In this document: positions 57,062-64,000 of the stretch, in pieces
Position numbering within the stretch: the first letter of the stretch is position 1
Layout of the letters: each line of letters starts with the position of its first letter
Assembly: GCA_964247055.1 (NCBI GenBank)
Contig: OZ176050.1
Location: 5,890,001 to 5,954,000, forward strand
Direction: 5' to 3'
DNA: 64,000 bases
Origin: Paragordius varius
Lineage: Eukaryota > Animalia > Nematomorpha
The notes under the pieces: model-generated
The model's input: only the letters and a program-made list of their open reading frames with translations
The model's database searches: none
What the model was told of the DNA's origin: nothing
Program-made: the position numbers and the translations under genes

Positions 57062-60000
57062 GTCTGGCTCCCCAAAGACTCCATGAATCGGAGGACTGAA
57101 ATGAATGTGTAAATGATTATATTTATACTAATCAGCAGTTTTGTTTTTTTCTAACAAATCCATATGATAATTAAAAACGTGCATTTAATTTAAAGTAAAT
57201 ATTTGTTTTAAATTTTAATGGGAAGCTATAAGATTCTTTCAGCAATAAATATGTATACCAAAATATATGATGAAGATGATAATTTCTATCTGGTAATAAT
57301 TTTTTTTATTTCTAGGATTGCTGGGGTTATAGTAAATCAAAATTGTTTGATTTCTTTATGTGGCTACTTAATATTATTTTTTTGGGTTTGCCTTTTATTC
57401 TCTTCAAAATCAAGCCTCACTGGAAACTTATATTTTACAGAGGATGTGATTTTGAAAGCGCCTCTGTCATACTTATAAAAAATGTATATATAATCTATGA
57501 AATTTAGAAATATGATTACGAGGTGTGCAATATAATGAGGAAAAAATTGGAATCTCAATCATCAATGTATTATATATATTTAATATTGATATTAGTGCTC
57601 ATTTTTTTAAGCTCAATAAAGGAGACACAGTTAAATTTAATATATATGTTTATTTTTAGGATAATTCATTTATCATATATTTTGAATATCATTTTTCTCA
57701 ATATTATTGGAATTCATTGGCCGAAATGTTTGAGAAATCGAAGTAATCCATATATTTTATTTAAAGTGGCATCGATAAGTCTTTAACTTGTTATCAACTT
57801 CTCCATTCGTACAAAAACGGTTTATCGCCTAATGAAAGAGATCAAAGGTATAAACTTACAATAAATTACAGATTTAACTTATTTGGACCAAATTTGATTC
57901 ACATAGAAGTTAAATCATATTTTAAACTCTTTATTGAAGAGGTATACAATAAATCATTATTTATATTTTTAAAAATATAAAATTTGCAAATAAAATTTAA
58001 TTGGATCAGGTAATGAGCCCCTTTTACATATTCCAAGTATTCAGTGTTATCCTTTGGCTTTGTGATAATTATTATTATTATGCGGCATGTATAATCCTAA
58101 TAACAACTATGTCCATTGCTATTTCTTTGTACGAAATGAAAAAGGTTAGTTTTTAGTACATATATAATTATGCCTTAGGCGCAAAATTGTTATTTAAAAG
58201 TAAAATCATTTCAGAAACCTTTATAAAATGTTGAAACCTTTGTTTTTTTAAACTTTGGGAAAAAATCTGTTTGTTACCTGTTTGTCGTGCGAATTGTCAT
58301 AAAAAATTTTTCACGTATTTATCTCCTATTTGTACTTTACGCTAAATTTATATAACAGTGTATATAAAAGAAATTTACATGTATTTATTTTTGTAGCAAA
58401 ATATTTCGATCCGCGATATGGTTAGTAAAGGTGGAGACACCAACTCAAACATTATCGTTAACCAACACGACCCTGGTTCATTGCTTAAAGGTAAGAAAAT
58501 TGTTGTATCGAATATGGATATTCCATTAGATTATTAATTTTAATATGACTTTACCGGTAAATATAATAAATTACAAAATTTTTAAATTATCATGCTTAAA
58601 ACGAATCATAATTATAAAGGGTAACTCCAGGGTTCGGAGTTTTATACCACGAAGTAATTCACATTCATAAAAATTAATTATAGGATTCGTTTTGATATTT
58701 TTCATCACCAGTTTTAATACACAGTTTATCATGACAATGCGTAAATTTTCACATGTTAATGTTTAATTTAACCATAATTTTTATCAAAAAGAACAATTGG
58801 TTGTCAAACCCCAAATAATGAATAACTCTCGCCTTGTTCCCGGTGATCTTATTTCGCTTAATATCAAAAGAGGTTATATAATGCCCTGTGATGCCGTTTT
58901 AGTTGCTGGGACATGTATTGTTAATGAAAGTGTTTTGACTGGTAAGCACCTTTTAATATTATATTTTTGTTTCTATAATTAACAGTGTGAATAAATGATA
59001 TATATTGCTCATGAAATGTTGTCAGATAGCTTTTAATAAAAAGCAATTTTATTGGAGGAAAGAAAAAAAACAAAAATATATTTTTTATATTGATCAAAAT
59101 TTGAGCCAATCCTATTGCTCTTTACTGTTAATCGTTTGACAATCAATAAACTTAACAGTGTTTTTTCCATAATTTTGATGTATGGATAAAATTAATATGA
59201 AATTGTGCGCAATACATTTAGTACTCGAAAAAAATTAATTAATTACCATTTCGAAATTAAAAATGGTAAATGAATATAAAAAATTAACCAGGCTAAACAA
59301 TATTATTTATTGTTAAGCAACAAAAACGTATGTTATAATCATATATTCGCAGTATCGAATTCACGATTAAGATATATTTACGTTACAAAAACTTTTAATT
59401 GTAACATCCTTATAATTTATTACCACTAAAGATATATTATATACCCTTTAATTTAAATCCAATTTTTTCGCATTAAATTGTAAATGATTAATTAATTAAA
59501 TTATCATTGTGATGAAAAATACAAAAGCGGTTTAGAAATTTTATTTTTGATGTTAAATTATCCCAAAAATATTTACCAATATTTGTATATGTTAACATGT
59601 TTTAGGCGAAAGTGTTCCCATTATAAAAACTGCAATTAGCAATCAAGGATGTGATACTGAGATATTTGATTCAAATGTCCACAAAAAACACGTCTTATTC
59701 GCAGGCACAGAAATTTTATCTGCTCGGCCACCGGCCTCGTCAAACAATGTTAGTGATATTAACGAGGAAAATACCAATCAGTAAAATCAACATTTTTGTA
59801 ATATACACTTTCGTTTAAATTTAATAAAAATAATCATGGGGTCTATATTTACAGATATGTTTTTTGAGATAATACTAGGCTGTTTTGCTGTTAATTAGAT
59901 TTCGTTTTTCGAAACATATAGTTTAATGCGAGAAAAAAATATGTTTGCTATATTCATTCGCATTTATATTTTTTGGATATAATTATGAGCCACAACAATT

Positions 60001-63000
60001 TGATACTAATTTACCATTCTGTATAGATTTAAATAAGGCTTAGTGCCCCCTTTATATGGTTTTATTTTGTTGAACACTGCGCATAAGATATACCTAAAAT
60101 TGGAATAAATGAATTTTTCAGATTTGAATGCTGATAATCTTAGATTAACTATGATAAAAACTAAGGGGGAATATAAGTGCTATGTAGTAAAAAATTAACT
60201 AGATAAATTATTTTATTTGTTGAGGAATAAATGGTATATACTAAATGTTGGTAAAATGGCGCTTTAATATTAAATTAACTTTATCTATTTTAACAATTCT
60301 GATTCATTTTTCAAATTATAAATTCAAATATATATTAAGCCCCTTATGTGTATTAAATTAATCCCTTGAAATTATTAAATATTCGATCTCATGCAAATAA
60401 GGACTCCTTTTGTGTGAATATCTATTTTTTATAGCCTCCATTAGGTTAATTATATGGAACTCGACACATAATGTAGCTATTGTATATTATTATATTAACA
60501 AATTTGTTTGAATAAAAAATCTGTAATTAAATAATTTATATATATATATGAGTGTTCCTTTATAAAAAAATGCATTTGTCAACACTTAAATAAATAATAT
60601 AATTATGTTTAGGATTATTAATTTTTATCTAAAAGGCAATTTACCTTGAAATTTTATGTTTTTTCCCATTTTAAAACCGAATCCCCTTTAGTAATGAAGA
60701 GACGACACGTGCCATTAGCCCAGATCTTATAACGGATTTGGAAAATCAAAATGCAAGTACTGGTTATGTCGATCAATTAGCCTCATTGCATCAAAGTTCG
60801 ACAGCTCTTGCTATTGTCATAAAAACGGGTATTTTTATATTTTTTTAATTTTTCTAGCAGAGGATAAAACGTTTTAGATTTTTTAAGTTTGATTATTTCA
60901 ATTAAACTATAACGCAATTAAATATTAATTTTTGGATGCAAAATTTTTTGCCTATAACAGTTGAGTTATGATTGATTAGTACTTTATTATATATATAAAA
61001 AACATTTTGGCATCATAGTCACTGTAACAATTTACACGATTATATGATAATAAATGCTTTTAGGATTTTCAACTACCAAAGGCCAATTAGTTCGTTCCAT
61101 TTTGCATCCGAATCCGATTGGATTTGAATTTTATAAGGATAGTTTAAGGTTTGTGGCCGTTCTTGCATTCTTAGCCGGCTTTGGTATGGTATACAGTGTC
61201 TATGTTTTGTGGCTAAGAAAGGTTAACATTATTGAATACATATTAATCTATAAAAACACGTTTTAATAAAAACACGAGTTTAAGTTAGGGGTGTCCAACA
61301 CAAATTTTTACGCGGGCTGGTTCAGTAATTTTTAGTTTTTTGATTTCGGATGATAAATAATTGTATAATTTTGATTGAACCACAATTTATCTTTAAACAT
61401 TTTTAAGGGCACTTGTGCACACCGAGTTAAGCGTATCGGACATCCCTGGTTTAGATTAATGTAAATGTATTTTGTGCAAATTGGCATAAAGATTAGTATA
61501 ATATACGTATAATCCCAATTTAGCACACAAATTATATTACTTAAAATATATTTAGCCTCATATACGTATAACCTCAATAGAATCAATCATAATTTAGCAA
61601 ACACATATTATTAATTATCAACAAAAAAATAAATTTTTTTCTTTTCTTGCATATGTGAAAAAAAATAGGCTTCGATCGCCACTATCATAATCCGAACGCT
61701 TGATGTAATAACGATTGTGGTTCCTCCTGCCTTACCAGCCGCTATGACTGTGGGCACGGCTTATGCTCAGCGCCGTTTGAAACGGGCTAAACCCGCGGAT
61801 GGTGGACCTATATTCTGTATTTCACCTCCTCGCATAAATATTAGTGGTCGGATAGATTTGGCCTGTTTTGATAAGGTAATTTTAAGTTTTTTTTGCAATT
61901 AATATAATGAAAATATAGAAGTCAACCGAATTTAAAATTTTCAGAAATATAAAAAATATGATCTCTTTACATCTCCACGCATAGTGGTCGCATAGATTTG
62001 GAATGTTTTGATAAGGTATCTAAGTTTTTTTGTTAATTAATAATATAGGAATTCTGTTTTATAATTTTTTGAATCTTAGAGAAAATTTTTTTGTTAAATT
62101 AGGTCAATAATGTCAATGAAAATATATAGTGATATGTCAAACCCTTAATGAAAATATTAAACAAAATTTGAAACACTTTTAGTATCACTTTGCTATTTTT
62201 TATGAAAAAATATACTACTGCTATAATCCATAGTTACCAGTTTTCGATAAGGATAATATTTTTTGGTATTATTTTTTATTTATATACATTGTAAATTGTT
62301 TTTTGTAAATATATATCCAGTAATACATTCAAAATGATTTCATATACATTTAGACTGGTACATTGACGGAAGAGGGCTTAGATTATTGGGGTGTAGTACC
62401 ATTACAAAAAATGGCTAACAAGTATTATTTACTAGCGAATTCATATTTTATTAATTTGAATATATTATATGATAAAGTTATATAACATTTAATTGACATT
62501 ATCTGGGTTTTTCTTTTAGGTATGTTATGTATAATGGTTTAGTTTTTTTTGAAATTTTTCAGAATTTCCCAGAATTCTAACTCTACTTATAAATTTTAAA
62601 CTAATCCTGACTTTTATCATCCAATACTATATAATTAACGTTTCCTGCTAATTTTGAGATCGAGATCAGGATAAAAACCATTTTTTAAGCTTATTAATAT
62701 AAACGACAATATCCAATAAAATTAAACATTTTTCATTTTTTTCCAATAAATATAATAACTTTGTAAATAATTATGATATTTATAATAGTAATAAGTTTTT
62801 ATTTAATTCGTATTTATCCCTGCTACTTTATCTTATAAAATAATTTTTGTTAGATTGGGACAACTCGTAAAAAACGTTGGTATTTGGGCCTCTTTGACAA
62901 ATATCAGTAATGATGGTGGTTTGGGAGAATCTCTTAATATGTATAGATATTTATATGATAGTTAATTTGAATGTCATTTATTAACAGTCAAACCCTTTTT

Positions 63001-63896
63001 TGTAAAATACGTAATACTATCCAAAAAATATTGTAATAAGAATCATACTTTTAAATTTGGATATAAATATAGTATATAGATTAGCATGAACCCAAATTAT
63101 TAGTAATATCCAAACTTATCTATTAATTCAAACACATGTCTAATGAATTTTCCAGAAAAACTGAAAAATTAGTTTTACCCTTATTTATAGGCATAAATAG
63201 TATGTTACAAAAAGATATAAAGTCATTTTTAACATTAATCGCTTTTGTAAAAAATCGGGTTAACTCTAAATAATCCGTATAATATCAGGTTTTTGTTACA
63301 TATATGAATTTTATTTTTTATTTTTAGTGATGACCAAGATCGTAAATTATTATTGTATTGCATGGCATCTTGTCACAGTTTAACATTGGTTGATGGCGAG
63401 GTGTGTGGAGATCCGTTGGAACTTAAAATGTTTCAAGCAACTGATTGGGTTAATTTTTAGTTTTAACACGCACGCTTTCTTATTTTCCATGCCTTAAATT
63501 TAGTTTATGAAAATAAAATGATTATTTAAATTTCGAGTACTTTTTAAAACTTTTTTAGTGTTTTTTTGAATGATAATAATTTTTTAATGGTTTATGCATT
63601 CAATTTAAAAACTAATTATTTGATGTAAGTTGAAAATAGTTGTTACAGTATTGAATTAAAAACTGTTTAGGGTAAAATAATTTAATGTGTTAAATTTGTG
63701 TCTTGTTTTATATATGTATAATGAAGGCCAACTGTCAAATATATATATATAATAAAACAGATTTTGGAAGAACCTAATCCATTATTGTCGCCTGATTCAT
63801 CCCTCCTTCCCACCATTGTTAAACCTAAATTACAATCTTCAACATTGAACTTTGTTGAAGAGGATCCGAACACAATACTTAATTTGATCGAAATAG
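57062..63896 (+). CDS. ATP13A-like: P5B-type ATPase (ATP13A2/3-like polyamine transporter family), continues beyond the window
   Basis: Exons encode CWGYSKS (57316), [26 protein letters not shown]...MPCDAVL...NESVLTG|ESVP, TG|[18 protein letters not shown] (P5B signature), CFDK|TGTLT (phosphorylation site split by an intron) and MASCHSL...GDPLELKMF. Confidence 0.93.
61286..61448. mobile_element. Short hAT MITE in an ATP13A intron
   Basis: TAGGGGTGTCCAACAC ... TATCGGACATCCCTG; flanks gtttaagt / gtttagat. Confidence 0.6.
61967..62040 (+). repeat. Local duplicate of the 3' end and donor site of the preceding ATP13A exon
   Basis: AGTGGTCGCATAGATTTGGAATGTTTTGATAAG|GTATCTAAG versus the original AGTGGTCGGATAGATTTGGCCTGTTTTGATAAG|GTAATTTTAAG ending at 61876. 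Confidence 0.75.
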
Positions 63897-64000
63897 GTTT
63901 TTATTTTTATACGTAAATAAAACTTCATTATATTACTTTTTTAATGAACACTAAAATCAGTTAATTTTCATACCATTTATTTTAATATCTGTTTCGTGGA

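Overview
Very AT-rich eukaryotic (animal-like) genomic DNA in which 20-29 nt spliceosomal micro-introns coexist with kb-long transposon-filled introns. This suggests a reduced metazoan parasite such as a myxozoan (inference; the taxon cannot be fixed from this window). Host genes, left to right: 3' part of BNIP1/SEC20 (+), glucosidase I MOGS (+), a KChIP/NCS-like EF-hand gene (+), two UPF1-family genes head-to-tail on the minus strand, and the 5' half of a P5B-type ATPase (ATP13A-like, +). Main result: besides canonical UPF1 (20 exons, ~1321 aa by hand splicing, 40638-52821), there is an apparently intact, strongly diverged second UPF1 (15 exons, ~834 aa, 19869-29303). It shares all 14 of its intron positions and phases with the canonical gene and keeps the CH zinc domain and every ATPase motif. 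It has lost the S/T-Q tails and remodelled the RNA-contact and regulatory surfaces. Between the two genes is a nested transposon stack: a long-TIR IS630/Tc1-type element whose transposase remnant is built from 60-nt repeat exons and 20-25 nt introns, interrupted by a hAT element and a TTAA MITE. One non-autonomous Helitron family occurs four times, once inside each UPF1 gene. I found no rRNA, tRNA or CRISPR array. All gene models, lengths and counts are manual readings, not computed.
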